Below are positions 16,650 through 30,072 of a stretch of 64,000 bases of DNA, piece after piece. A model generated the notes under the pieces. It saw only the letters and a program-made list of their open reading frames with translations. It was not told where the DNA came from and did not search any database. The translations under genes and the position numbers were made by a program. The stretch spans positions 35,046-99,045 of the forward strand of contig JBFLZG010000154.1 in the NCBI GenBank assembly GCA_040756235.1. Reading direction: 5' to 3'. Origin of the DNA: a bacterium. GTDB taxonomy: Bacteria > Desulfobacterota > DSWW01. The first letter of the stretch is position 1, and the number at the start of each line of letters is the position of its first letter.

Positions 16650-19127
16650 ATGGCGCTCGTGCTCGCAAATGAGCTCTGTGGTCCCAGGCTCCGCCTGCTG
16701 CTGGCGGCGATCTTCCTGCAACTCATCGCCTTGACCTGCCTGGCCGCTCCGCTGGCCGCTCAGGATCCCCGGACCGCTTCCGGCACCTCGTTCCCGGCGG
16801 CGGTGATGCTGCAGGGGCTGACCGAGACCGCGGTCCCGCTGGAACAAGATCTCTCCCCCGATGCCCGGACCGCGTCTCCGGCGGAGCCGAAGACCGAGGG
16901 GCAGGCGCCAGCTCAGCCGCAGGTCGGGCTGGCGACACAGGCGCAGCCTCTCGGAGAGCCAACGACTGGGGCCCGGCCCACCGCAGACCCGGCACCGCCG
17001 CCGTCCGGGTCGCAGCCGGCGCATCCGCCCGCGAGCCCTGCGGTGCAGCCACAGACCAGGCAGAGCCCGCCGGCGGCGCAGAGCCAGGCGCCGGGACAAA
17101 AGTCGGAAGTCCTGCCCATCACCTTCGCCGACGACATGGGTGAGGCGATGCGCAAGGAGGCGGCCCGGATGAGCAAGGAGCTCAGTAAGGGAGTCCGCCC
17201 CCTTTTCAAGCGCAAACCCCTGGGATTCGACCTGGAAACGATCGATCGCGTGCGGACGGAAGCCATCGCGCTTCCCTTGAGAGTGCCGGCCCTGATCGAG
17301 CATGTGATCAAGCAGAGCCGGCTGCTCGGTTTCGTGGGCTCGATGATCATGCTGGCCTTTCTCGTGGCCGTCTTCTACAGCCTCTTCGGCCAGAGGAAGG
17401 TGCTCGACCGGGTCGAAAGGCGGGTGGAGCCTCTGATCAGACGGATGCCGCAGGGGCTCTATCCTTACTTCCTTTCCTTCCTCAAGATCCTGGTCGCTTC
17501 CCTCATCCCGCTGATCCTGTTCGGCGCCTTCGCCCTGATTCAAGCCTTCACCTCCTACCAGGCCTCCTGGTTTTGGCTGACGGGCAAGCTTCTCAAGCTC
17601 TGGGCCGTGGGAGCGCTGCTGCTCAACCTGCTGCGCGAGTCCCTGACCCGTGACCTCCTGCCCGTCCCCCGCGATTACGGTCGTTCGATTCACCGGGTCG
17701 CTCGCATGGTCGTCCTCTATATCCTCGGCAGCGTGGCGGTATTCTGGGCTGCGGAGGCGTTTCGGCTGCCCAAGGACTTCCTTGCGCTCCTCAAGTTTCT
17801 CCTGTCCCTTTCGATCGTGTTCGCCCTGCTCTTCCTCATCCTGAAGAAGAAGTCGATTCTGGGGATCCTGCCCGACCTCCCGTACGGGAGCTACCAGGCC
17901 TTTCGCCGCGCCCTGCAGCGATTCTACTTCCCGATCATGTTCCTCACCTTCCTGACCGGGCTCCTCTGGTGCGTGGGCTACCAGCGGCTCTGCGTCGTCC
18001 TGTGGACCAAGACCTGGGCCGTGGCCGGGTCCTTCCTGGGGATCATGGTGGCCTATCACCTAGTCCAGGAGCGCCTCCAGAAGTGGATCGCGAACAAGAC
18101 GGTCGCCGACGAGTCGGCCCACTTCCTCTACCGCGCGGTCCGGTCCCTGCTCCTGTACGCGACCGTCATCTTCATCCTGCTGGCGACCCTGAAGCTGCTC
18201 GGTCTGATGGGTCCGGCCCAGCGCGTCATGTCCTTTCCCATCGTCAAGGTCGGCTCCGCCGCCCTGTCGCTGTGGACCCTTTTCAAGGCCGCATTCATCC
18301 TGCTGGCCTTCGTCTACATCTCGCGCTTCGTCAGGGCCTGGCTGGACTACAAAGTCTATCCCTCCATTGGCGTGGACGAAGGCCTGGCCTACGCCATCAA
18401 TACTTTTCTCAGCTACATGCTCCTGGCCGTCGGCTTCCTGTTCTCCCTCCGGGCGGTAGGGCTCGACTTGAGGGTTCTCATGGTCTTTGCCGGCGCGCTC
18501 GGCATCGGGATCGGCCTCGGGCTGCAGAGCTTGTTCGCGAACCTCGCCGCCGGTTTCAGCCTGGTGTTCGGCCGCCTGGTCCGCAAGGGGGATTGGATCC
18601 AGGTGGGAGACACGCTCGGAAATGTCCTGGAGGTGAGCCTGAGGTCCACCAAGGTGCGCACCCGGGACAACATCGAGTACCTCATCCCCAACGCCGATCT
18701 GGTTGCCAATACGATCATCAACTACACGCTGTCGGACCCGCTCGTCCGGGTTCACGTTCCGGTCGGCGCATCCTACAGTTGCAGGCCGAGGGAGGTGGAA
18801 CGGATCCTCCTGGAAGCGGCGGCCCTGAATCCGAACCTGAGCCGGCTGAAGCCGCCGGAGGTCTGGCTCAGCGGCTACGGCGAGAGCTCCCTGGACTTCG
18901 ATTTGCTCGTCTGGATCGACATCCGGAAGATCGGCGAAAGGCGAATCCGCAGCGAGCTGTATCACGCGATCTTCGATGCGCTGGGAAAAGCGGGGATCGA
19001 GATCCCCTTCCCCCAGCGGGACCTTCACATCCGGTCCGGCCTTCCCCTGTCGGCGAAAGCATCGGTCCAACCCGAACGGGCGTCCGTGGGCGAGGATCCG
19101 GTCGGGATCCGGCTCCCCCCTGGGTAA
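16650..19127 (+). CDS. Large MscS-family mechanosensitive channel (MscK-like)
   Basis: GALGIGIGLGLQ, GDWIQVG, IPNADL and IEIPFPQRDLHI motifs; multiple TMs; Pro/Ala/Gln-rich N-terminal region. Confidence 0.9.
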   Translation: MALVLANELCGPRLRLLLAAIFLQLIALTCLAAPLAAQDPRTASGTSFPAAVMLQGLTETAVPLEQDLSPDARTASPAEPKTEGQAPAQPQVGLATQAQPLGEPTTGARPTADPAPPPSGSQPAHPPASPAVQPQTRQSPPAAQSQAPGQKSEVLPITFADDMGEAMRKEAARMSKELSKGVRPLFKRKPLGFDLETIDRVRTEAIALPLRVPALIEHVIKQSRLLGFVGSMIMLAFLVAVFYSLFGQRKVLDRVERRVEPLIRRMPQGLYPYFLSFLKILVASLIPLILFGAFALIQAFTSYQASWFWLTGKLLKLWAVGALLLNLLRESLTRDLLPVPRDYGRSIHRVARMVVLYILGSVAVFWAAEAFRLPKDFLALLKFLLSLSIVFALLFLILKKKSILGILPDLPYGSYQAFRRALQRFYFPIMFLTFLTGLLWCVGYQRLCVVLWTKTWAVAGSFLGIMVAYHLVQERLQKWIANKTVADESAHFLYRAVRSLLLYATVIFILLATLKLLGLMGPAQRVMSFPIVKVGSAALSLWTLFKAAFILLAFVYISRFVRAWLDYKVYPSIGVDEGLAYAINTFLSYMLLAVGFLFSLRAVGLDLRVLMVFAGALGIGIGLGLQSLFANLAAGFSLVFGRLVRKGDWIQVGDTLGNVLEVSLRSTKVRTRDNIEYLIPNADLVANTIINYTLSDPLVRVHVPVGASYSCRPREVERILLEAAALNPNLSRLKPPEVWLSGYGESSLDFDLLVWIDIRKIGERRIRSELYHAIFDALGKAGIEIPFPQRDLHIRSGLPLSAKASVQPERASVGEDPVGIRLPPG

Positions 19128-19340
19128 GGGTTCGCGCAAAAATAACTTTGCAGGGGCCGGGCCAACTGTATCCTTTTGGAGAGGGGAGGTTTCGCGCCCA
19201 GATTTGGGTCAGATTCGGCTGCGACGATTGAGCGAGACCGCAGGCATAGCACGGCTATGTCGAGGATCTTGCGATTGAGGAGCGGTCGAAGATGGCCCGA
19301 AGATGGGATGCGAAATGGGAAGTTATTTCTGCGCGAACCC
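19128..19340. mobile_element. 213-bp MITE with 20-bp TIRs and TAA target-site duplication
   Basis: GGGTTCGCGCAAAAATAACT ... AGTTATTTCTGCGCGAACCC (1 mismatch), flanked by TAA at 19125-27 and 19341-43. Confidence 0.85.
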
Positions 19341-19467
19341 TAAGGACCGAGCCTTCCTGCGAGTCCTGCCCCGACCGGGCGTTCCGAAGAGCTACGATCG
19401 CGCATCGCATGTAATGAAAGATGCACGAGAGTTGTCCAGGAATTCGGCTCCTGCATGGAGAAGAAAG

Positions 19468-20241
19468 ATGACCGTCCTGACCGAGAAATCCGGACCGGTG
19501 ACCACCATCATCATCGACCGTCCCGAGCGCAGGAACGCCGTGGACCGGCCCACGGCCGAGGAGCTGGCGCAGGCCTTCCGGGCCTTCGAGCGGGATGAGG
19601 GCGCCCGTGTCGCGGTGCTCACCGGCGCCGGGGGGTGCTTCTGCGCCGGCGCCGACCTCAAGGCCTTGTCCGAGGGGAGGGGCAACCGGGCGGAAGAAGG
19701 CGGCGACGGCCCCATGGGGCCCTCCCGCATGCTCCTCGCCAAGCCGGTCATTGCGGCCGTGGCCGGATACGCCGTGGCCGGAGGGCTGGAGCTGGCCCTT
19801 TGGTGCGACCTGCGCGTCGTGGAGCGGGATGCTTATTTCGGAGTCTTCTGCAGGCGCTGGGGCGTGCCCCTGATCGACGGCGGGACCGTGCGGCTGCCGA
19901 GGCTCATCGGGCTCTCCCGGGCCCTGGACATGATCCTCACAGGCAGGGCGGTGGGCGCCGAGGAGGCGCTCGCCATGGGGCTGGCCAATCGGGTCGTCGA
20001 GCCCGGCACCTCCAGGGCAGAGGCCGAGGCGCTGGCGGCGGAGATTGCGCGTTTTCCTCAGCAATGCCTGAGGAGCGACCGGATGTCCGCCCACCGGCAG
20101 TTCGACCTGCCGTTCGACGAGGCCATGAGGAACGAGTTTCGCCTCGGCCTGGAGACCATCCTGAGCGGAGAGACCCTGGAGGGCGCGGCCCGGTTTGCCG
20201 GAGGCGCCGGGCGCCACGGGAGCTTCGAGGAGGAGGGGTGA
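19468..20241 (+). CDS. Enoyl-CoA hydratase/crotonase family protein
   Basis: RPERRNAVD, FCAGADLK, KPVIAAVAGYAVAGGLEL and FCRRWGVPLIDGGTVRLPR motifs. Confidence 0.92.
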   Translation: MTVLTEKSGPVTTIIIDRPERRNAVDRPTAEELAQAFRAFERDEGARVAVLTGAGGCFCAGADLKALSEGRGNRAEEGGDGPMGPSRMLLAKPVIAAVAGYAVAGGLELALWCDLRVVERDAYFGVFCRRWGVPLIDGGTVRLPRLIGLSRALDMILTGRAVGAEEALAMGLANRVVEPGTSRAEAEALAAEIARFPQQCLRSDRMSAHRQFDLPFDEAMRNEFRLGLETILSGETLEGAARFAGGAGRHGSFEEEG

Positions 20242-20429
20242 GACTCCGGCCGGGAGCGGGCTGGCGGCGGGCTGCTACGGAACACTTTCTGCTGTGGCGG
20301 CGTGCTCGGCAAGTGCGGTGGGGATCCCGCCTCGATCGTCTCGGGCTCAGAACGCTCCGGCCTGATGACCCTCGGCTGCCCGAACGGCGCGCTCATTCCA
20401 TGAGAGCTTCGCTCCTCAAGGACAACGCC

Positions 20430-20554
20430 GCAGGCTGGTGAGAAATGCCCAGATGCAAGGCACGCGAAGTCCAGAGGAACGAGGCGTACTCACGTACGCC
20501 GCAGTGACGAAGGGCGAGCGTAACGCCGCAGATGGGCCTTTATCGACAGCCTGC
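20430..20554. repeat. About 125-bp structured MITE-like repeat (copy 2, inverted relative to copy 1)
   Basis: TIR GCAGGCTG...CAGCCTGC; AGATGCAAGGC.CGCGAA...GAGGCGTAC...GTACGCCGCA.TGACGA...AACGCCGCAGATGGGC. Confidence 0.85.
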
Positions 20555-20659
20555 AGAGGCCTGACGGGACTCGGGACTGGCCTCCGCGATTCGCCCTCGT
20601 CTCCTCGGCGGGACACCTACCGCACTTGATTTGACCCGAATTCCAGCAGGCGGCTCGGG

Positions 20660-21775
20660 CTACCGGATTCTCGGGAAGACATCCTCCTCCAGATAAGCCA
20701 GGACGCGGCGCAGATGATCCAGGCAGCGGTCCTGCCATTGCCCCTTGTGCTCCGGATCTCTGAGTTTGCCGCCGGAGGCCCCGTAGCGGGTGAGCACGGG
20801 TCGCATCGCCTCGGGCAGCTCGTCCGGCAGATCCACCCCGTTCATCAGGGCCCAGGCCAGGGTCCACGCCCGGGCCACGTTTGCGACGTCGTAGCCTCCG
20901 CCGCCCAGAGCGACCCACCTCGGGGCCCCCTGCTTCAAGTAGGAGATCACCCTCGAGAAGCCGTTCGTGGTCAGCTCGAGATTCGCCAGGGGGTCCGACA
21001 CGAAGGTGTCCACCCCGAGCTGAGAGACGACGACATCGGGCTTGAAGCTCTCCATGAGCCTTGGCAGGACGGTCGAGAAGCCCTGCCAGAACACCTCGTC
21101 GTCCGAGCCCGGGAGCATCGGAACGTTCACCGAATAGCCGAGCCCTTCCCCGCGCCCCTTCTCCGTGACTGCTCCGGTCCCGGGAAAGAGCGTGCGGCCG
21201 TCCTGGTGGAACGAGACCGTGAGCACCCTCGGGTCCGCGTAGAAGGCCCACTGCACCCCGTCGCCGTGGTGGGCGTCGACGTCGACGTACAGGACCCGTT
21301 GGCCCCGGTCCAGGAAATAGCGGATCGCCAGGACCGGGTCGTTCACGTAGCAGAAGCCCGATGCCCGGCTCGCGGCGGCGTGGTGGAGGCCGCCGGCGAT
21401 GTTGAAGGCGATGCGCGCCTCTCCCTCCCAGACCAGACGGGCACACTCGAGCGAGGCGCCGGTCTGCAGGAGCGACCACTCCCAGAGGCCCGGGAAGACC
21501 GGGTTGTCCCCGGGGCCGAGACCGAACCCGTATTCCCCATCGATCTCGAGCCGGCTCGCCTGCTTCAGGACGGCGACGTAAGGGGGCGTGTGGAACCGCA
21601 GGATCTCGTCTTCGGCGGCGGGGCGAGGCTCGACCACGACGGTCTGCGGAAGATCGAAGAGCCCGTAGGCATTGCACAGATCGCGGGTGAGCCGCAGTCG
21701 CTCGATCTTGAGGGGGTGCCCGGCACCGTAGTCATAGGCGAAGTAGGCGTTCGTGTAGAGGAAGGCTGTCCGCAT
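20660..21775 (-). CDS. acuC: Zn-dependent histone deacetylase family / acetoin utilization protein AcuC
   Basis: GHPLKIER, GGLHHA, SGFCYVND, DVDAHHGDGV, QLGVD and GGGGY motifs. Confidence 0.88.
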   Translation of the reverse strand: MRTAFLYTNAYFAYDYGAGHPLKIERLRLTRDLCNAYGLFDLPQTVVVEPRPAAEDEILRFHTPPYVAVLKQASRLEIDGEYGFGLGPGDNPVFPGLWEWSLLQTGASLECARLVWEGEARIAFNIAGGLHHAAASRASGFCYVNDPVLAIRYFLDRGQRVLYVDVDAHHGDGVQWAFYADPRVLTVSFHQDGRTLFPGTGAVTEKGRGEGLGYSVNVPMLPGSDDEVFWQGFSTVLPRLMESFKPDVVVSQLGVDTFVSDPLANLELTTNGFSRVISYLKQGAPRWVALGGGGYDVANVARAWTLAWALMNGVDLPDELPEAMRPVLTRYGASGGKLRDPEHKGQWQDRCLDHLRRVLAYLEEDVFPRIR

Positions 21776-21927
21776 GAATGCTCCTGTATCAGGAAGGAAG
21801 GGTCGTTTTAAAAGATTGGATGCGGTAGGTGCTGCCGCAAACACATACTGGGCTTTACCATCGGGTTCATACCGGTGTCAAGGAAGGCCGAGGAGGGTGC
21901 TGAGCGCGGTGTTGTAGCCTCCGGCAA

Positions 21928-22011
21928 GGGCGACGCGCGCGTCGCCCCAACAAGAGCTGGTGCGCGCCGGGGAACGGCCACGGGGAAGGGCGACCGTCGG
22001 TCGCCCCTACA
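21928..22011. repeat. Pair of GTAG-type REP hairpins
   Basis: GGGCGACGcgcgCGTCGCCCCAAC and GGGCGACCgtcGGTCGCCCCTAC, immediately downstream of carB. Confidence 0.75.
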
Positions 22012-25218
<3,207 letters not shown>

Positions 25219-25606
25219 AGAGAGATCCCTTTCGAGGTCCTTTGCGTGACGTTACGGCGGGGGGCTCGGGCCACGGGCAGGCGAGGTTTCTGATATTCAG
25301 ATGCACTGATCGATCATCATGGAAATACAGACTCCCTTAACTAACCAAAAGCCGGCTCTCTGTCAAGGCGGGCCCCGGCCGGCGCACCCCGGCCGGAGGC
25401 GTGCGACAGCGGGACCCCGGGCGCCCCTCCCGACGCCTCGGGCGGGACTATAGGGTGCGGCGGCAGGTCTTTCCTTGTAAGGGCTTCGACTTGCCAATAG
25501 AATGAAGTCCCCGGAACGGGTGCAGCGGGTACAAGGTAGCAACCTCGTGGAAGCGGCTTCTGGATTTGTCGGAAAGAGGCCGCGCCCACGCAACAGGGAG
25601 GCAAGC

Positions 25607-26383
25607 ATGGGCGGGAAGGCGCGTACGATCGGAATCATGCCATGCCTGGACATGAAAGACGGGCGGGTGGTCAAGGGCGTCCACTTCGTGAGCTTGAGGG
25701 AGGCCGGCGATCCGGTGGAGAACGCGCGGTTCTACCAGCAGGAGGGGGCGGACGAGCTGGCCATGCTCGATATCGCCGCGACCGTGGAGAACCGCAAGAC
25801 GCGTCTGGCCTGGGTGCGGGACGTGTCGGCGGCGATCCGCATCCCTCTGACGGTCGGAGGAGGGATCGGCAGCCTCGAGGACATCGAGCAGGTCCTGGCG
25901 GCGGGTGCGAACAAGGTGTCCATGAACAGCGCCGCGGTGAAGAACCCGGAGCTCGTCCGGGAGGCGGCCAGGGCGTTCGGGTCACAGACGATCACGGTGG
26001 CCATCGACGCCAGACGCAACCCGACCCTGCCGAGCGGGTTCGAGCTGGTCGTGGCCGGGGGCACGAAGCCGGTCGGAAAGGACGCGGCGGAATGGGCCAA
26101 GCAATGCCAGGCACTGGGCGCCGGCGTGATCCTGCCGACCAGCATGGACGGCGACGGCACTCAGGCAGGGTACGACCTGGAGTTCACGAAAGCCATCTCG
26201 GACGCCGTCGACCTACCGGTCGTGGCCTCAGGGGGCGCAGGCAAGCTCGAGGATTTCTACGATGCGGTGGTCAAGGGCGGAGCCAGTGTGGTTCTCGCAG
26301 CATCTGTCTTTCACTTCAGGATAGTTAGCATAGGTGAAGTGAAGCGATACTTGAAGTCCAATGGGCTCCAGGTGAACCTCTAG
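25607..26383 (+). CDS. hisF: Imidazole glycerol phosphate synthase cyclase subunit
   Basis: PCLDMKDGRVVKGV, GADEL, LTVGGGI, TSMDGDGT, VVASGGAG and LAASVFH motifs. Upstream TTGTAA-N17-TAGAAT promoter. Confidence 0.95.
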   Translation: MGGKARTIGIMPCLDMKDGRVVKGVHFVSLREAGDPVENARFYQQEGADELAMLDIAATVENRKTRLAWVRDVSAAIRIPLTVGGGIGSLEDIEQVLAAGANKVSMNSAAVKNPELVREAARAFGSQTITVAIDARRNPTLPSGFELVVAGGTKPVGKDAAEWAKQCQALGAGVILPTSMDGDGTQAGYDLEFTKAISDAVDLPVVASGGAGKLEDFYDAVVKGGASVVLAASVFHFRIVSIGEVKRYLKSNGLQVNL

Positions 26384-26660
26384 CGGCCCGTGACAAAGTC
26401 GCGAATGCGTGGCCCGTTCAACAAGGTCTGAAGCCGCAGGCGGCGGGCAAGGCTTTCGAGGATCTTTCGCGGGAAGGGCACGGCCGCCTTCGACCCCATG
26501 AAGGAAGTCCTGCGCTTGCTCGACGGGCCCCGGAGTCTTTCGACTCCCTCCTGAAGCAGGTTGGCGGACACCATTGCGGCTTTGTTCGCCCTACCGGTTC
26601 ACGCCACCTCATGCGGGCCGCTGAAGAGCTCAGATCCGTTCCAGACTGCTCTCCGGACGG

Positions 26661-27635
26661 TCAAGGCGGGGCGGACCTGCGCGTCCCGGTGAAGGGCAGC
26701 GAGAGGCTCACGACCTTTCCCTTGCCGGGCTGCCCCTGCGGGCCCTTGCAGGCGAGGGTCAGGATGAGATTGACGCCCCCTTGGATCTGCGCGCTCTGGC
26801 CGGCCGGCTGCATCTTCCCGGTGATGTTCTTGCTGTACAGGAAGAAACAGGTGCCGACCGGTTTGAAGCTTCCCTCCAGGTGAACGAGAAACTCCTTCTG
26901 GTCCGCGTTGTAGAATCCCTTCTGCACCGGCCCTTGCGGGGCCTTCGGGTCCGTCAGCAAGACCTGCGCCCCCTTCATCTCGATCCGCACCTCATCGGGC
27001 AAGGCTTCCAGGTGCTCGGGCGCGTTCTCGGGGAGGGCCACGCTTTCGCCTCTTTCGTTGCGGATCTTCTCATTGCGGAGCTGGTCCAGGGAGAGGACCT
27101 TTTTCTCTTTGCCGGAGGTCAGGACGACCTGGTCCGTGGCGAAAGAGATCGCGTAGAGACCGCTTGCCTCCGCGGCCGCCGCTTTCCGGACCTGCGTCTT
27201 CACGGTCAGGGACCCTTGGTTGGCCGCAAAAGCGCTCAACCTCGACTGCGTGTTGGCCGTGAAGAACAGCTGCCCGGACTGCTCGAAGGTGATCTCTGCC
27301 TTGGAACCTACGAGGTGACGTTTGCCCGAAACCACGGCCAGAAGCGCTCCCACCGGAGCGCCGGGAAGCTCATAACCCTGCGGGGCGGACGTGCCGGCTT
27401 CTCCGTCCGCGCTGACGAGGACCTTCTCCTGGGGTTTGACCGTCCACTGGCCCTCCGCCTGGAATGCGACCGTGTCCCCTGCCTGGACGAACAGCTTCGC
27501 GTCGTTCAGCGGCTGGTTGGCCTTGACCACAACGGATCCCTGAGCGCCTTCGGCCGCTTCGGCTGCTACGGAGAGAGTCGAACCGAGCAGCAGGATCGCC
27601 GCCGACAGCAACAGGCTCTTACCTTTCCGGCCCAT
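26661..27635 (-). CDS. Secreted hypothetical protein with possible PA-IL/LecA-like N-terminal domain
   Basis: Signal peptide; GDTV.FQAEGQW...GAPVGALLA...LVG...GQLFFTAN...NQGSLTV pattern resembles PA-IL-like beta-sandwiches. Confidence 0.7.
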   Translation of the reverse strand: MGRKGKSLLLSAAILLLGSTLSVAAEAAEGAQGSVVVKANQPLNDAKLFVQAGDTVAFQAEGQWTVKPQEKVLVSADGEAGTSAPQGYELPGAPVGALLAVVSGKRHLVGSKAEITFEQSGQLFFTANTQSRLSAFAANQGSLTVKTQVRKAAAAEASGLYAISFATDQVVLTSGKEKKVLSLDQLRNEKIRNERGESVALPENAPEHLEALPDEVRIEMKGAQVLLTDPKAPQGPVQKGFYNADQKEFLVHLEGSFKPVGTCFFLYSKNITGKMQPAGQSAQIQGGVNLILTLACKGPQGQPGKGKVVSLSLPFTGTRRSAPP

Positions 27636-27839
27636 GAGCGACTCCTTCGTTTTCGTTTTCCTTCTCGCACGCCATGCTCACCCATATCGCACAGGTCAAC
27701 GGTTTCATGCAAACTCGCTTCCGGGACCGGAACGCGTTCGGGACAGAACACAAGGGCACTTGGTTTGACAACCCATCAGCACCGATCGGATAATTTTCGT
27801 CCGTGCCGTTCGGCAACGGGAGAGGATGCCGTGGCGGGG

Positions 27840-29816
27840 ATGACGCGCAGACAGTTCGTGCGATTGCAGCTCTATGGCAGCGCCTGGGTGGCCCTGGACG
27901 GGATGCTGGGCCTGGCCTGCAGCCGCAACGCGCACCGCGAACCGGGCACCCGCGTGATCGTCCTCGGCCTGGACGGCATGGACCCGGGGATCGTGGGCCG
28001 CATGATGCGCGAGGGCAAGCTTCCGACCTTCGCCAAGCTGGCACGCGTGGGGACCTTCAGCAAACTCGGGACGAGCACGCCTCCGCAGAGCCCGGTGGCC
28101 TGGTCGAACTTCATCGCCGGCACCAACCCGGGCGGACACGGCATCTTCGATTTCATCCACCGGGATCCTGCGACCTATCTTCCTTACCTTTCCACGTCGA
28201 GAACGGAACCTTCACAACGATCTCTCAAGCTCGGTGACTACATCGTTCCCCTCGCGCGCGACAGGATCCGCGATCTCAGGCGGGGCAGGGCCTTCTGGGA
28301 CGTGCTGCAAGAGCACGAGATACCGGCTACGGTCCTGAAGATCCCGTCGAACTTCCCTCCGACGGCCACCCGCCAGAGGACCCTCTCGGGGATGGGCACT
28401 CCTGATCTCCTGGGGTCGTACGGGATCTTCTCCTATTTCAGCGATCAGCCGTTCGAGCTCGACCCGGAGATCGGAGGAGGTCGGGTCCAGGAAGTTGCCA
28501 TCGAGGGACAGACGGTGCGTGCGTCCCTGGTCGGGCCCAGAAACCCCTTCCGCAAGGAGCGGCCGAGCTCCCGCGTCGATTTCACCGTTTTCGTGGATCC
28601 CGGCTATCCGGTTGCCAAGATCGAGCTCCAGGGGCGCGAGATTCTGCTCAACCAGGGAGAATGGAGCCCCTGGGTGCGCTTGAGCTTCCACATGATGCCG
28701 GGGGTGCGGCTCAGCGGGATCTGCCAGTTCTACCTCAAGCAAGTCCATCCTCATTTCAAGCTCTACGTGTCCCCGATTCATATCGACCCGGCCGACCCGA
28801 CCCTGCCCATCAGCACCCCGGGGGACTACGCGCAGGAGCTCTCGAGGCGGCTGGGACCGTTCCACACGAAGGGGCTTCCCGCGGATACCAAGGCGCTGGA
28901 TCACGGCGTGCTGGACGAAGGGGAGTTTCTCGCCTCCGACGAGGCCATTCTCCAGGAGAGCCTGGGGATCTTCGAGTACGAGCTCGGCCGCTTCGATGCC
29001 GGGCTCCTTTACTTCTACGTATCCAGCACGGACCAGCGTTCGCACATGTTCTGGCGTCTGGCCGATCCGCGTCACCCGGCCTATGACCCTGCCTTGGCGC
29101 AGCGCTTCGGGAGCACGATCGAGGACGTTTACCGCGAGATGGACCGCCTGCTGGACAGGACCCTGGCCCGTACGGACCGCCGCACGCTGCTGGTGGTCCT
29201 CTCGGACCATGGGTTCACGCCCTACTACCGATCGTTTCACCTGAACTGCTGGTTGAAGGAGAACGGGTTCCTGCAGCTCCTGGACGAGAAGAAAAGGGGA
29301 GAGAAAGAGTTTCTGCAGGAGGCGGATTGGACCCGCACACGGGCCTATGCCCTGGGGTTCAACGGTCTGTACATCAACCAGAGGGGCCGAGAGGCCGCGG
29401 GGATCGTCTCCGTTTCCCGGAAGCCTGCCCTGGTGGATGAAATCGCCTCCAAGCTGGAAGGAGCAACCGACCCCCTGACCGGGCAGCCTGCAGTCCTGAA
29501 GTGCTACAAGGCTCGGGAGTGTTACTCGGGAGCTCACCGGGATGCCGGCCCCGACCTGATCGTGGGCTACAACCGAGGTTGCCGGGCTTCGTGGCAGACG
29601 GCGCTGGGCAAGATCCCGCACGCCCTTTTCGAGACCAACGGCAAGAAATGGAGCGGCGACCACTGCATGGCGGCCGACCTCCTGCCGGGAATCCTCGTTT
29701 CCAACCGGCCGCTGAAGGCGCACCCGGGCGTGCGCCTCGAAGACGTGACCGCTACGATCCTGGCGGCCCTGGGCGTACCCAGCCCGCCCGAATACACCGG
29801 CAGGTCCCTCCTGTAA
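27840..29816 (+). CDS. Alkaline phosphatase superfamily nucleotide pyrophosphatase/phosphodiesterase, Tat lipoprotein
   Basis: MTRRQFV...GLAC signal; VLGLDG, PPQSPVAW, HGIFDF, LSDHGF and SGDH motifs. Confidence 0.88.
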   Translation: MTRRQFVRLQLYGSAWVALDGMLGLACSRNAHREPGTRVIVLGLDGMDPGIVGRMMREGKLPTFAKLARVGTFSKLGTSTPPQSPVAWSNFIAGTNPGGHGIFDFIHRDPATYLPYLSTSRTEPSQRSLKLGDYIVPLARDRIRDLRRGRAFWDVLQEHEIPATVLKIPSNFPPTATRQRTLSGMGTPDLLGSYGIFSYFSDQPFELDPEIGGGRVQEVAIEGQTVRASLVGPRNPFRKERPSSRVDFTVFVDPGYPVAKIELQGREILLNQGEWSPWVRLSFHMMPGVRLSGICQFYLKQVHPHFKLYVSPIHIDPADPTLPISTPGDYAQELSRRLGPFHTKGLPADTKALDHGVLDEGEFLASDEAILQESLGIFEYELGRFDAGLLYFYVSSTDQRSHMFWRLADPRHPAYDPALAQRFGSTIEDVYREMDRLLDRTLARTDRRTLLVVLSDHGFTPYYRSFHLNCWLKENGFLQLLDEKKRGEKEFLQEADWTRTRAYALGFNGLYINQRGREAAGIVSVSRKPALVDEIASKLEGATDPLTGQPAVLKCYKARECYSGAHRDAGPDLIVGYNRGCRASWQTALGKIPHALFETNGKKWSGDHCMAADLLPGILVSNRPLKAHPGVRLEDVTATILAALGVPSPPEYTGRSLL

Positions 29817-29879
29817 GAGAGCCTCTTTTCCCGTTCAGACGGCTGGCGAGCGATGCTATACAGGCATCCGGCTTTGTCC

Positions 29880-30012
29880 CGTCATTCCGGCGCAGACCGG
29901 AATCCAGTCCGTGTTTCCAGGTTTTCAGGCAACTGCTGGATCCCGGCTCACACGAGCTACGCGGATGGGCCGGGATGACGAACATAAGGGACGCAGCAAG
30001 CAGCGTCCCTAC
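29880..30012. repeat. Composite RPE-like plus GTAG-REP repeat cluster
   Basis: GTCATTCCGGCGCAGACCGGAATCCAG...CTGGATCCCGGCTC...GGGCCGGGATGACGAACA, then GGGACGC.GC-AA-GC.GCGTCCCTAC. Lies between convergent genes. Confidence 0.8.
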
Positions 30013-30072
30013 AAAGGCTCGGCAGAAGCAGTGGCCGGGATGCCTGCAAATAAGACCGGTGTCTGGAGGCTC

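Noticed and set aside
26781..27839. Apparent 350-aa N-terminal extension of the phosphodiesterase
   Set aside because: It overlaps a real minus-strand gene, and the Tat signal at 27840 marks the true start.
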